A stretch of 64,000 nt of DNA from Utricularia gibba (Eukaryota; Plantae; Magnoliophyta): the NCBI GenBank assembly GCA_002189035.1, contig CM007991.1:62001-126000 (forward strand), given 5' to 3'. Below the pieces are notes generated by a model. It was given only the letters and a program-made list of their open reading frames with translations, ran no database searches and was not told the origin of the DNA. This document shows positions 35,895-49,836 of this stretch, in pieces. The translations under genes were made by a program, and so were the position numbers. Each line of letters begins with the position of its first letter. Position 1 is the stretch's first letter.

Positions 35895-36775
35895 TTGAGG
35901 TTCAGGGGTATATTAGGCAACACCGTCAACTTTGTGAACTGCCGTTTCCATAAAGGACTTGAATGCCCCCCGCTGACCTACATTGAAATTAGTTGGATTT
36001 AATTTTCAGATGGTAACGCTGATGACAGCTTTTTTTTCATCTTTTAATAGCAATGCTTGGAACTAATGAGAATTGAATTACATTTGTACACATAGTAACG
36101 CTTCCTAAATATATACATCAGATTTAATTGTAAAAATTATATTAAAATTAATTTAACGTCAATGAAACCAATTGGGAATTAATTCAATAGAAACAGAAGA
36201 GGGTTGTGAGTAGGGGTAGATAGCAAAGTAGGTGTCACAAAAAGTCTTGATGGGCAAATGGAGATGGATTGAAGGCCATTTGTACAATGATGATTTTCTA
36301 TGATCCTAATACTTGACTTTTGTGTCACGTAGCTGCACTAATTCATCACACTTTAATAAGATAATAATTTCAATCCTCCTATTTACATCCTGTAAAAATT
36401 GGACACATGCATATGGTGAAACGGTAATTCTAAACATTATTTTTAATTTAAATAGACTAATTATTCTAGTTGTGATTAGAGAATTAAAAATTCCATACGG
36501 AATATTAGAACAGAAACTTGGGGGCAATAGGGTAAATTTACCTGAACATACGTTGCATTTCTACTGCTTTTTTTTCTTTATTCCCATCCTGCCCCTGTAA
36601 AGATGGAGGGAACTCGGAACGCCTTCTCGCCGGAGACGTTCATATACTCCTCTCCAGAAACCGGATGAGCCATCGCCGTTTCTTCTCAGAACTTCAAATA
36701 GCTCGGTTATCTAACATGTTATCAGAGTAAACCCCCCGTGCACTTTCTGAATTCTTCACTTTAGAAGACCGAGCG

Positions 36776-38102
36776 ATGGCGACACTCAACGTCCCAGAAT
36801 TTGTTCCACCTCCCGCTCAGGACTGCGAAAGACTCAACGAAGCTTTCCGGGGTAAATCCATTTCCTTATCCCATTATTCTTTCTCAATCTGAGGGTCTTT
36901 TTGAGGCGAAACGTGGCATTTGGACTTATAGGATCGGGAACAGATGAGAATGATATCATCCAGATTTTAACACAGCGAGATGCTGCCCAGAGGAAAAAGA
37001 TCAGGGAGACTTACCAGGAGCTTTACAATAATTCTCTAATTGATTGCTTGTCGTCCGAGTTATCTGGTGACTTCAGGGTAAAATTCTGGGTGTGTTTGTT
37101 CATCGCTTCGCTTGTACGTTATATTGGAGCGCACTCCTGACTAATTACACCCGGAAAAAAAACCCAGAAAGCTGTTGTCTTGTGGTCATACGATCCGGCA
37201 GAGAGGGATGCGAGGCTAGTGAACAAGGCGCTGAGATCACACAAGGAAGACATAAAGAACTTACAAGTGATAGTTGAAGTCGCCTGTGCTACATCTCCGC
37301 ATCACCTTGTTGCTGTTAGGCAAGCTTATTGTGGTCTCTTTGGTTGCTCTCTCGAGGAAGACATTGCCTCCCGCATCTCCCATCCCATTCAAAAGGTTAG
37401 CTTTTTGTTGTTCGGTCTGAAGTTTTGATAGATACACTGCACTGATGTGAGATTCTTTAGCAGATCTTGGTAAGTTTAGTGAGATCATATAGATATGACA
37501 AGGAAACTGTGGATTCTGACATAGCAAACATAGAGGCGGCCAAGCTGCATGATGCCATAGAGGCAAGGAAATTAGATGATGAAGTTATCATACAGATACT
37601 CAGTACAAGAAACATATTTCAGCTCAAGGAAACATTCAAGCGATACAATGAGAACTACGGGACATCAGTGGATCAGGTTCCAAATTTTCCCTATGTTGTA
37701 TTGATCGATTCACGAATCTCATATGCAACAAAATGTATCAGGACATCATAGCTAGTGGGGATGATCTACTAGAAAAAGTTATGAAGGTGGTTGTTCTGTG
37801 CCTAAACTCACCTGAAAAACACTTTGCTGAGGTAACTGGATTCTGAGCATATTTCTGTACATCCCTTTTCTACCTCATGTTTCATCTTCCGTGATTAGGT
37901 TGTAAGAACTGCGGTCCTAGGACTCGGAACAGATGAAGATGCACTGACCAGAGTTATTGTAACACGAGCCGAGATTGACCTGTGGAACATCAGAGATGAG
38001 TATTTATACAGCTACAAATCTAGCATTGTGGATGATATCATTGATGATACATCTGGGGATTACAAGAGATTCTTAATGGCTCTGCTTGGAGCAAGCATAT
38101 GA
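36776..38102 (+). CDS. ANN3: Annexin D3-like, 6 exons
   Basis: MATLNVPEFVPPPAQDCERLNEAFRG|SGTDENDIIQILTQR...SSELSGDF...WSYDPAERDARL...VEVAC...SLEEDIAS...GLGTDEDALTRVIVTRAEID...DTSGDYKRFLMALLGASI*. Confidence 0.92.
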
Positions 38103-38522
38103 TCCAGCGTTTCAAGCCACACACACTCCAACCACTTCCTTCCTGTTTCCAGTTCAAGAAACCAGCATGTGACGACTACGCTTTATAGCGTGTCATTCGT
38201 TGCCTGCCTACTATGCAGACTGAGAATAAAGTGTATGTAGGATGATGATGTAATTGACAATCATGCACAGCTTTCAGCAAATTGCATAAAAGATGTTTGG
38301 TTTTCTAAGTTTTGGCCACATAAAAAAATAAAATAAAATAAACGCACAACAACAATGGAAGGCAGCTTCATATTTTTCCTTATTATCGCCAATCCTTCCC
38401 ACAACTACTACTGCTTGGCCACATGTATCTGAAATCGGATAAACCATCCAAACAAAAACTCTGGAGAAGAGGGTTGTTGAGCATAGTTGAAGGTGAGAGT
38501 GCAGAGAATGGTACCAGCATCT

Positions 38523-40035
38523 CTACTCCATCTTCTTCTCTTTCTGAACAGGGTCATCTGGTATCCATTTTGACCACAGGACAGGGAAAACGGTGCACGC
38601 AGCCTGTATCAAAAGGCCTTGCGGCAAGTGGGAGAAATCATCCCCACTGACTCCAACATATGAGGCTAATGCCACACCAAGATACCCACTTACGATAAAT
38701 GCAAGTGCAATAGCGGACATGATGAATGCCATGATGGAACCTTCGCATCCTGGTGGGCAAAGTTTAGCCATTAAAACGCTGAAGGGGAGGATCTTGAAGA
38801 AATAGAGCACCTCCAGCAAGCCTGAGAAGATGATAACATATGCCGAATCCGAAACTCCGAGCTGGTAATAAACTCTTTTGACAAAGAGATAATCAGATAT
38901 CATGAACATCGCCATGGAGACTTGGACAGCTGAGATAAGTTTCCTAGAAGACATGGATTTGAAACACTGGTTGTAGACAATGCCCCATGACAGCATCGCT
39001 GCCTGTCCAAACACCTTAGAGATTCCAAGTAGTGACGAATCAATCTTCAAATGTTGCGTTTGGTAGTAAAACATGGTGCCGGTTAAGGCTGGGATAACAG
39101 CATAAGAGAAAGCGAAGCACAGCACTGGCTTAAGAAGCTCCGGTTTCTTCAGTGCGACTGCTAGTTCAGCAAGCTGTGCGTCGAAGCTAAGCTTTTTCGA
39201 ACTTTTGGGTAGGTCTAAAGAGCTCTCACGAATGAATGAAGTCACTACGAACTGCAAACAAAGCAGAATTCCGTAGATAGAAAACATCATCTGTGGAGAG
39301 AACTGGTTAATGAAAAAACCACCAATGAAATTCCCCATAACTCCACCAATCGACGAGGCCATCCAAACGAATGACTGCAGCCCTCCTGATGAAGAAGTGT
39401 ACGACTTGGCCGTCTCTGCAACCATCGCATCATTCGCAACCTCAACTATAGACGCGCCAAGATTGCCAAGTAGTAGATAAAACGTGATCCAAAAGAATGA
39501 AATTCCTGATCCAGCTAAAGCTGCAATTGCTATCCATGAAATTGCCTGTAAAAACGCTGTAACACCATACAAGGTGTTCAGTGACAGATCCCAAACAAGT
39601 TACAACTACCATCGTGTTGTAATGCAGATGATACCAAATTGATTCAGAAACCCTTTCAAAACGCAAACAAAAGTAAAAATATAACAATTAAATGCACTAG
39701 TTCTCCAGAAACCGAACTGCGCGAGCAAACAAAAAAAGAACACACAGAGACGATAAAAAGGAAAAATTCAAACCTCCAAATGCTACGTAGGGGACGCGGT
39801 GCTGGCCAAAGATGTAACATGAATCAGAGATTATGCCATAAAAAGGTTTGGCCACCATGGGTATATTAGCCGAATTTTGAAGGATTTGAAGAGTCGCAGG
39901 ATCCACTCTGAGCCCATCTTTGAGGAAAAAATTCACACCCATCCACGGGAAACATCTCAACCCCTGCACCCAAAACCCGACTCCCAGCAACAATTTGCGA
40001 TTCCTGGAGACCTCATTCTCACGAACATCAGCCAT
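38523..40035 (-). CDS. Folate-biopterin transporter (BT1/FBT family, FBT7-like), 2 exons
   Basis: LLGVGFWVQGLRCFPWMGVNFFLKD...QNSANIPMVAKPFYGIISD...|AFLQAISW...NLGASIVEVANDAMVAE...LCPPGCEGSIMAF; multiple hydrophobic helices. Confidence 0.9.
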
Positions 40036-40502
40036 CTTTATGATATTCAATCCCTCAAATGGAGAAAAAAGATCACGCCTTCTCCATAAAACTCCACAAA
40101 CTTAATCCCAAACCCCACCTCCCGCAAGAAATCAACATTACGATACCGGTTTCATCAGATCCTTCAGCGGAAAGAGCAAGACCGTTCCAATTTAAAGCAC
40201 GTTAACGGGAAGGCAGATTCTTCACTCGCCGCTGACTGAACTCGAAGAAGCATAAAAATATTGGAAAGGCATCAGGAACGCCCATTTGTCGAGTAAGGAG
40301 ATGGGCATAAAACCATCTGTCTCGAAAAAAAGCTTCCGAATTCCACCAATCTTTGGACAAGCACCGCGTGGCGCTATAACCGACCCTCTGCTCTCCAGAA
40401 GACAAGAACGGCGTCCTCCATAAGTTTTTTTTTTTTTCTTTTAATTTTAAATGAAATAACTTTTCATTTCCACGTTTTAAAAGAAGTGTACAACAGTATA
40501 TT

Positions 40503-43438
40503 CTAGCCAGCTTCCTCGAGATTGTGTGCATTCTCTTGTACAGTGTAAAAGGGCCGACTATGTGTAGGAAAAACTCTGTCTGCCCTCAGATAATCTTCGA
40601 CTGAGATGCCCTGCTCGGTGCTGGAACTAGACTCGGAGTCCTGCTCAAGATTGCGCAAGGCAAGATCCAGGAAGGACTGGATGTTTGCGGCTGACTGATG
40701 ATCATCACCGTCATCGGCTTCATCACAGGTTCGCTGCGCTTCCTCCTTTGCCCATTGGACGACTTCTCGCTCACATTTCAGAAGTCGGAGAATCTGTTCA
40801 TGGAATGTGGTCATGTCAGCATGCATGATCGGAGTGCTGACGGAATGAGGACTGCGAACTATTCCATACCGTGTTGATTCCTGGGCGAGTTTGATGGGAA
40901 GATCTTATACACAAAAATGCAGCTATGGCCATTTGCTCAAACTGATCAGAGTTGCAAGAATCTGCCAACTTGGGGTCCTGCAGTTCGGAAATTTTACCAC
41001 CTCGGAAGATGTGTTTTGCCTGAAACAAGACACCAAAATAACTGTAAGGAGAAAAATGAAATACTTGTTATGTGAATGGCTGAGTTCTTTGACGTGGTCC
41101 AGCAAAACCTAGCTTCTCTTGATACAGGATACGCATGAAGGGGGAGTGAGATGATTACCCACATCACCAAGCTGTTCTGGGCTTTAGGTGATTCACAGTC
41201 AACCGGCTTTCTTCCAGATAAAAGCTCCAGAAGTACAACCCCAAATGCATAGACGTCGGCCTTTTCACTCAGCTTCCCATCGAAAAAATATTCGGGTGCC
41301 AAGTATCTGCAAAAGAAACTTCCAGTTGCATAATTTGGCGATGGTAGACAAGGAAAGAGAGGAAAGTACACCGACCCAAAGGTTCCTGCGACTCCCATGA
41401 TATCCAAACGATGCGAGCTCGTAGAAGCCCCGGTTGCAAGGCCAAAATCTGAGAGCTGTTGCGAAAAAGCAAGATTGAGCAAGCTATAACGAAAAAGCCA
41501 GAAGAGACGAAATAGTAAACAGTGGACCTGTGGTTCAAAATCATCGGAAAGAAGAATGTTCGAAGATTTAACATCTCGATGTATGATTGGTTCTGCACTG
41601 TTATGCAAGTGGTCCAGTGCCTTTGCAACTCCTACGGCAGCCTTATATCTTTCCTTCCAACCGAGTACCCTTGCAGTACCTAATCCATAATAGGATCATG
41701 AGACCAACAGAGTATCATACTAGATTGATAGACTATAATCTACTTAATACAGAAGAACTTCATATGCATACCGTGGAGATTTTGTTCAATGCTTCCTCTA
41801 GATAACAAGTTATAAACCAAGAGCAGCTTTTCCTCCTCAATACAAAGACCAACTAAAGAAATTATGTTTCTGTGCCGCATGGATGCTAGGATCTCAACTT
41901 CTGAAACAAACTGTTCCAAAACATCTTTCGATGGCTTCAGAATCTTCACTGCCAAGGCCATGCCACCTGGCGCACAGCCTCTATATACCAAACAGCTCCC
42001 TCCTTTTCCAATTAAGTTATCTATAAGGCAATAATATATGAGCACATCAGTAGAGAGTTGAATAAAATAAGATGGAAACACCTTTAGAGAGAATACCTGG
42101 CAGGAAGTTGTCGGTTGCTAACAGCAGTTCCTGATAGCTGAACCATTTGCAGGATGTTGAGAACTTAACCCGAATGGCATTTAGTTCTTCCAATAAATTA
42201 TTGTGTATATTAGCATCCCCCTGTGGCTTGAAATTGACGTGGCCATAATCTAGATGGCTTACATCTCCATCAGATGCTGTACTCTGGTTTTGAGTAGCAT
42301 AATTAACAGAATCATGTGGTGGAATTGGTAGTCTCGTTGCCAATGGCGCCATTAGAGCTTTTTTTGTAGATGAGATCCCAAAGGCTCTTTGAGCCACTAC
42401 AGAGAGCGAATGCAGTAATCTCAGTCTTGGTTTAGATTGCAGTAATTTCTGCTTCTTGGAGGGAGCAAATGCACTTGCATGCTCACTATCACTGCTTGCT
42501 GAAGATAAAAGTTCAGGGTGTACATGAGACCCAGAGCTTTTGGGTAAGGTAATTCCTTCCGCTCCAGGCATATCAAGCTTATCATCATCAACAGATATAA
42601 CTGATATACTCTTTGGAAGATTCTTGGCACAATAATCCCCAACTGAAATCTTATCCCTGATCCTGTGATTGACTGCAGAAGTACCAGTGACTAACAACTT
42701 TGTACCACAAGATTTTGCCTCCCGAACCAGGACCTTACGAGCCGAAGACCCTTTACAGATCTTGAACTTTATTTCAGCCTAATGAGGCAAAATAAAAAAA
42801 CGGATATTCAAAAAACAACTGCGTAAGGCGGAGTCACACCACAGGATGACAAAAAGACACTACATTTTAAACTCCAACCGAATGCATCGACAAAATTTTA
42901 AAAACATTAACCTCTAGCGTCGGAGGAATAAGAAATATACCTGGTTCAGGTTGCAGAAACACTCATAGTCATCGGGAATTGAAGCAAAACTCTTCATCAA
43001 CCCATGCAGGGCCAATTCATCTTCGCCGCGGAAACAGAAACATAAAATAGAAAAGATGAGAATTCTGAGGAATTTAAAAACTACAGAAACAACCAAGATT
43101 AACACACGAATGTTACATCAGAAACTACGTTTGTAAATAAGGCGGAATTAAAAGGTCTCAAATTAAAAGAAGCGATGAAGAGTCTACACTAAGCGACGGT
43201 TTCATTATCAACCAAGAAGTCCGCCGTGTTGATACAGCACAAGAGGAAATTCCTTACCGGTGTCAGGGTCCACGACGTGAAGAGCGATGACACGATCCCC
43301 ACTCTGAACCACATTTTCTAACGCCCAAGCCAACAACTCTCTGCCGGGTTTATGCATCTTCATTCCGACCACCACAACCGCTCCTCCCCCGCCACCGGAC
43401 AAGGTAACGACACCGGAACTCGGGGGCACATACCTCAT
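40503..43438 (-). CDS. Receptor-like cytoplasmic kinase with an N-terminal UspA/adenine-nucleotide alpha-hydrolase-like domain
   Basis: VVVGMKM...ELLAWALENVVQSGDRVIALHV (USP); FSYQELLLATDNF, LIGKGG, AVKILKPS, IHRDVKSSNILL, LSDFGLA, GTFGYLAPEY, DVYAFGVVLLELLSGRKP; exons in frame. Confidence 0.9.
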
Positions 43439-44707
43439 GTTGAGAAACAGAGCAGTTCCAGATCAAGAAACCGCCCAAGGACTCGTCTACAAGTAACCGT
43501 TTCTCCCTCCCTGGGGCTTGTGGGTTTAAATAGACGTCGGGTGAGTGCGCGGGCTACTTAGTTATCCTGTGTGCGCTGGCCTACCTCCATAACATGCGAC
43601 CCAAATGAGCCACCAATAACATAACGCCATTCAAATCTTTCAAAATGATACACCACGAAAATATGGTAACAAATGTCATTAATTACCAGGTGATGTATCC
43701 TCCTTTGGTCTGCTACCCGCCAAAAAAAGGATCACGTGTATCCCGTGTAGATCGAATTTCAGATGTACTTGAAAAGGATATTTAAAATCAAATAAAAATA
43801 CGTCTCCTTGTAGTATGAAAAAGCTCCATGTATTTGGTGCATTTCATATCTATAACTCGGAATTTCATTTTTATGATTTAGAAAAAAATAAAAAATATAT
43901 TTTCCAGGAAAATTACATCAATAATTAAAGCCAGATTCTAGCCGTTGATTGCAGAAATCCAATAAATAGTTTGTGGGCCGGGTCGGGCATGAGCAACCCA
44001 ATTTGGGTCCATCGGGCCACTATCACGGGTCAGGTCCGCATGCCAACATGAATGGTTACAGAAACCTTGTCTGGAATTCGGCATCAATCAAACAAACGAC
44101 CCATTTGAAGTTTTTATGTGAAAGTGTCAGAGTGTAATTTCACGTTTTATTATCTTTTAATCACTTGAAATTATATTTTATATTCATAAAATATCTATTT
44201 TTTGGCTAAAAAAAACTAGCTTGAGCATAGGCCTGTTAATTTTTAGTAGTTATATATAATTCAATAAATCTCCACATAAAAAATAAAAATGGGTAATAGG
44301 AATATAAATAGATCCACGGGCCTATAAATACGGGGCCGGACGCAGCATCGTGGCCCGGAAAACCACCAAACCCTGGGTGAACTCAAGCAAAATGCCTCAT
44401 CAGTTCTGCAGATTTCTTTAGGACCATCATTTCTCCTCCACGTGATCGATGATTAGCAGCAGAGGGGATGGCGGCAGGTGAGCGGGCGACGCTGGAGAAA
44501 GTGCATTTTAGTGTGTGAGTGACATGGAGATTCAAAAGTGTAAACTTGGAAAGATGAATGCTCAAATACATAGGAGAAAGTAAGTATGAAGAAGCTTATG
44601 AGTTGTCAAGCATGCACAGGCTCATAAAAACAACCAGTGCAGCTAAAAAATAAAATGTGCGGAAATTGGAACGTTCCCTTTCACCTGCAATCTCATTTCT
44701 AGGCATT

Positions 44708-46092
44708 TCAACAGTGCATGGTGCTCTGGTATTGCTGTAAAGTCCTGTCCCTCTTTCTGTAACTCTCATTAAACTGCCTTCTATTGTGGTTGAATCTCTG
44801 ACTATGGCCCCACGATTCATTCCGGTCATTCCTCCAACCGCTAGATTCATTATTATTGCCTCTCCATCCCCATGATCTGTCTGTCTCCTTTCTGACCCAA
44901 GATGCATTCTTTTCACCATTCCATCCATTGTTTAGTTTAGAATCATATCCAGATCCTGCACCCGCATTACTGTGGTTCCAACTTGAAATGTTATTTCGTT
45001 TAGATCCCCAACCATCTCGTTGTGCGGTCACATTTTTCTTGCTACTGGAACGAGAACTTCTAAATCCATGATCAAGGAAAGTAAATGACCTCTGCTGCAC
45101 ATCACAGGGTTCATTCCCGGCTTTCCATGCCTGGTTCCTAGATTTGTAACCACTTTGCATACAATCATCATCCTTTTTTAAGGTTACAGAATCATCCCAG
45201 GCACCCCACATATGCAAAGCATCTTTCAGAGTTGTTTGCTCATGATTTTCTTCCCAGGGATTAGTTTTGGTAGATTTAATCTTTTGAGGCTCCAAATTTT
45301 CACCTTCTTGTGCTTTATCAGGATCAAAGTGCAGGCGATCAACTTCAGCCATCATTTCAGGATCCATGAACGGGTTCCAGTCAATTTCATCAATGTACAT
45401 ATTTGGATCCGGCAAAAGACTGCCACAGGGACGACCACTGATCTTAGCCAAATACCGTTCCTTTGCACCTTCTAAAGCTTCCTGGCCAGCTGAGGCGTCC
45501 CAATCTAGAACACTTGGATAACAGAAAATATATCTTTTTGATGCCACAATCTTGTTCCAAGGAACTTTTTCGGAATAGCAATAATCCACTTCCCACGATG
45601 GAATCCCTTTTGTGCCTATAAAACAAAACCCATAAGAATGACGCGCAGTTGACAACACCACTAGTAATCCTTCACGCAAGAACAAAGGAGAACTCTGACA
45701 ACCAAACACCATCATTTCTAGATGAAAGAACAACTGGAATCAGATGCAGAATGAACTTAAACCCTCAAAATCTTGATACAGATTCAACGCATCTTTCCGA
45801 CTAGGCCTCGTTTCAAATCTCCACGAACAAAGAATACATCAAAGAGAAGGAAATACAAAACAGAGAATTCCCAACTCTCACTACCCGCCAATCACGAAGC
45901 CCGAATTCACAAAATTTGTACTTTTTTCAACAAATTTCCAGCAACAGCAGAGGAGGGAGCCAAGAGACGCAGCAACGTACCAGAAAAAGCGCATGAATTG
46001 GCGCGATCCGACGGCAGTGGATTCTCCCATTCGTTGTGTCTGAACTTCTTTGTTCTAGGCAGATCCAGATACCTTCGGTTCCATTTTCCCAT
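44708..46092 (-). CDS. Uncharacterised plant-conserved protein with a Trp/Gly/Asn-rich tail; 2 exons
   Basis: MGKWNRR...FSG|TKGIPSWEVDYC...VPWNKIV...WDASAG...LLPDPNMYIDEIDWNPFMDPE resembles a conserved plant family of unknown function (recalled At5g03990/At3g51940-like); long open second exon. Confidence 0.75.
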
Positions 46093-46483
46093 TTCCGGAA
46101 TCAAACCCTAGAAGAAGCTTCACCATTCCATACGTTGAATCATGACCCAGTAGTAAAAATAAATTCCACGGAAAAAGCGAAAGCAAATATTATTTATTTT
46201 TTGAAATATCATTTCCTCAATTAAGGGCAGACTTTGATTTATGGATCTGACGTCATAATAAATTTATAGCATCATGAAAAAATCATAATTAAATTATTGT
46301 AATTATGCTTTCTATTTTTACATATTAATTTCCTGGATTAAATGAAATGATATGTTGCCGATTTTGGTTGAATTTCTATTTTTACATGATGGCCATTAAT
46401 CTACGCTCGTGTGTGGACCGTACCGTAGGCTTCATTCAAAGCAAATTGAACATCTGGTAAGAAAAGTGAACCGCGCGTCCTTA

Positions 46484-47803
46484 TCACACGCCCTTGAAGC
46501 TCATGGTTGCCTTCAACCCTGGCGATCTTACGAAAGAGCTGGGTGGCACTTCGCTGTGCATCGACGACACCGGCGAGATTCTCCCGTACGTGTACGGGTA
46601 GTTATTCTCAGAGCACACGTCGAAGCTGAGGTTCCGATTCCTGGGGGTGCTGATCGATCTCGTTTTCGCTCTGGCAGACTCGGTGGCCGCCATGTACGCC
46701 GGCAAGGAAGGAGACCCCATCACCTGAATCTCATCGCCACTCGAGTGCTGTTTCCGATGGCGATGCTGATGCGATCTTCGGGCGCCGGCGGAATTCGGGA
46801 GCTCTAGTGGACGAAGATGTTGTCTCTGTGTTTTGGAATTGGCTTCACTTTTAGCGAGCTGGGTGTCCACCCATTGCTCTAACCAATACCTCTGTTTCTG
46901 GTAGAGCTTGTCGCGCTCTGTATCGGCTGACCTCTGAAAATCACAAGAAGCAGGGGGGTTGACGACAATATTGCGGCAACCATGAGACTAATTTATTGAA
47001 AAGATAGAGAAGGTCGTGGGAACTCACCCGGTGGCTCAAGTAGTCTCTGATAATTCTGTCTTTCAGAGCATTTGGCTCTTTCCTTGATGCTGCATCCCAA
47101 TTCCTTTGGCTGCTCAAGTCTACCTACAGAGTTACAGAGGATTAGTAGAATCTACGACGAAATCCTAGTTGAACAAAGGGGGAAGACTCTGACTACTCAC
47201 ATTTATGTGCTTTTCTCCAAAGCAATGAGAATAGAGGAATTCTTTCGAGTGAAGCCTTTCCATCACCTTCTGGCTTCTCTTGGCACACACTTCTGTCTGT
47301 AAGTTCACAATGGACTGTAGACACTTCAGAGTGTTGAGAGCTTGCTTCCGAACCGTCCAGCCGCGAATCAAAGCTTGAAGCTTTACGATTCCTTTCAGCG
47401 CCCGCAATGCTTCCCGTGCCTGCGATGCCAGTGTTACCAATCCCCACATCGATAACAGGGTCAAGATGCAGAGTGGTACTCACCAGGTAACCTCGAAAAG
47501 CTGCTTGAATTCTAATGACGGCTAACTCATGGGACTCGTAACTGCACGGCGGCGGCCTTGTCCGGAGAGCTATCTTCTTCGGAGTCGATGCCTCAGAAAG
47601 CGGAGCAAGTCTTTTCATCTTCAGTAACCTGAAAATCCATTTCCTCCTCCCCTGTAGGGGAAATCGGGTCGATTCAGATACCGATGACAATCGAAAAGAC
47701 TGGGCCAATTCATCAAGCGATTGTCTACCTTTTCTGCCCCTGGGTGGCGCCCCGATCCGAAAAAACTCTTCACCACGCAGAACCAGGCGGTCTTCTTAGA
47801 CAT
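46484..47803 (-). CDS. IQ67-domain calmodulin-binding protein (IQD11/12-like) with a DUF4005 tail, 5 exons
   Basis: MSKKTAWFCVVK...AVIRIQAAFRGYL|AREALRALKGIVKLQALIRGWTVRKQA...WLEQWV...PAYMAATESARAKTRSISTPR. Confidence 0.9.
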
Positions 47804-49836
47804 TGTGCATGAAATTGGTGGAATGCTCAATGGGAGTTAAGCTTCTACGCCATCCCTCACCTGCTATCTTTATCTAGTGACGAAGCTCAATCATTCCTAT
47901 GGAGCATCTTCGTCGCTTTGAGCACGTGGCGGGCCTTGCCTACTTTAGGAGAGAACTTTGTACATGCTCCATCCCCTTTTCGAAAGCACGCACTTTCTAG
48001 ACGTGCGACAGTCTCCCAACCAAAATTACTAAAAAGGAACACCTAATAGGCAACATTTGCTCACACACTCGTGTGTTCTGTTTATAAACCCAGCTCTAGA
48101 ACACGATAATTGATGCCATCTCACTCAAGCGTTGATGGACCGGACCGGACCATCTTCTGCAGGTATTCCAAGTTCTTGGAGTTTTTTTTATAAAGGGGAA
48201 GTGTGGTAGTTGGTGGTGGCGCCATGGTTCATCATTCGTGTACAACTCAGGTTCAGGCACCCACTTTGTGGCTTGGGTGTGTTTCATGTTTGCACTCAGT
48301 GGGCACATGATTGTGCTGCCATCAACCCACACTGCCTGCTGTCAATAAGCACATGCTTCCATGTTGCTTGTGGATGACCCTTCTTTTTTGTTTATTTATG
48401 GCATCTTTGCTATGAATCACCCTTCATTCCCATTTATCTATCGTTGGTTTTCTGATAAAAATGAATGATGGTTTTCTAAAAACAAAGAAATGGGATTCAA
48501 TCAGTGGGCATGCTTCAAGTGCATGGTCATGGAGATGAGGAGTTCAGGTGTGCTTAAAAGCTAATCACGGTATCCCTTCCACTTAAAAAATGGAAGCCAG
48601 AGACACTGTCGACGTCGTAAAGAACCTTATTTTGGAAGCATTCCTTCTGCTAGATTCAGTCTTTTCACCTTTTTTTAAACAAAAAATTGTCAGTGTCACT
48701 GTTCGGATACCAAACACATGTCAGAGTGTGTACTCTCCATTCAATGCAAACCCTTTGGAAAAAATGATCCATTGAATAGTGGGGAGGAGCTGCTGTGTAC
48801 CTTCAGTTTTCATGTCTGATGCTCCTTCTTAAAACCCTCATGTCTACTTGTCTGCTGCGGGACTCGAACAAATGCCATCACAGTTCCCATATGCTGAGCT
48901 CAGAGTCTGTCATGTCTTCATTCCCCTCATCCACAACAACTCACCCACTACGCCGTGTAAATAATTGGATACCACTTTTAACGGAAGGTGGTGAAGAAAA
49001 GAAGAAACTTGGGGTGATGGGTGAGCTTGGGCAGGGTATGTGCGTTTAGGTGGGGACTAGCGGGGAATGAATGAAACTCCATTCATTCATTATTGGAGGA
49101 GGTGGGGAGAGGACTAAACTCTAGGGCCAGGGCCATCAATTGGGAAAGCTTAGCTCCACAGCCGGAAACAACACAGCTGTTCAGGGCCCCCAAGCGTCCT
49201 TCCTCCTTTGAATAGTCAGTCAGTTCAGTCTTCCCTTCTCTTCATTCCCCAGAGTATGAACCAACTCCGATCAAGATACTCCAAATTCCAAACTGAAGAA
49301 CTCCGCGTCTGGTGCTGATGTGCTGTGTTGTGTTTTAGAATCCGATGGTTAAGTACAGTCGACTCGAACCCTGCTGATCTATCGGCCGGTTCATTATCTC
49401 GGGTCGAGTCTACCTTTTGATCGCCAATAAAATCAAATGATCGAACCGGATCGACATTCTGTACGGGCGGGATTGGTATCTTACGTGGGCCTGGTTTGTA
49501 ATGAATTGAATTAGTCTATATTTGGGCCCCCAGGAAGTGACCGGCCCAAATAATGACTACTACCAGGGGCCACTGGCCGCGCCTTCACCGGAGCCGGAGG
49601 TTTGCCAGGATGTTCTAAATATGTACACCAAGATGATGGCGTGCGTCTACGGAAATTGCTTGGCGTTCCTTGAAAATGGACGACCCCTGGGTCACCGCTC
49701 TTCCACCCAAAACGCTAACCTTCACGGTGCGCTACATAAGCTGTTTTGTGGCCTGCCTTTTCTTGATTCCTCCGAAGCTGTGGCCCGATTTTGTCCTTGA
49801 CGCTCGTGGGTTTCCTCCGGGATTATCCACGGCGCC

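Noticed and set aside
44188-44196. Evening element AAAATATCT upstream of the USP-kinase
   Set aside because: A single 9-mer in AT-rich DNA is expected by chance at this window size.
49064-49092. GGGGAATGAA and a GAATGAATG...CATTCATTC hairpin, reminiscent of miR166 or miR319 precursor fragments
   Set aside because: No mature miRNA sequence is present and the stem is only 9 bp.
49361-49410. GACTCGAACCC...GGGTCGAGTC inverted repeat with a tRNA T-loop-like GGTTCGAGTC on the - strand
   Set aside because: No T-stem pairing or cloverleaf; only a short hairpin.
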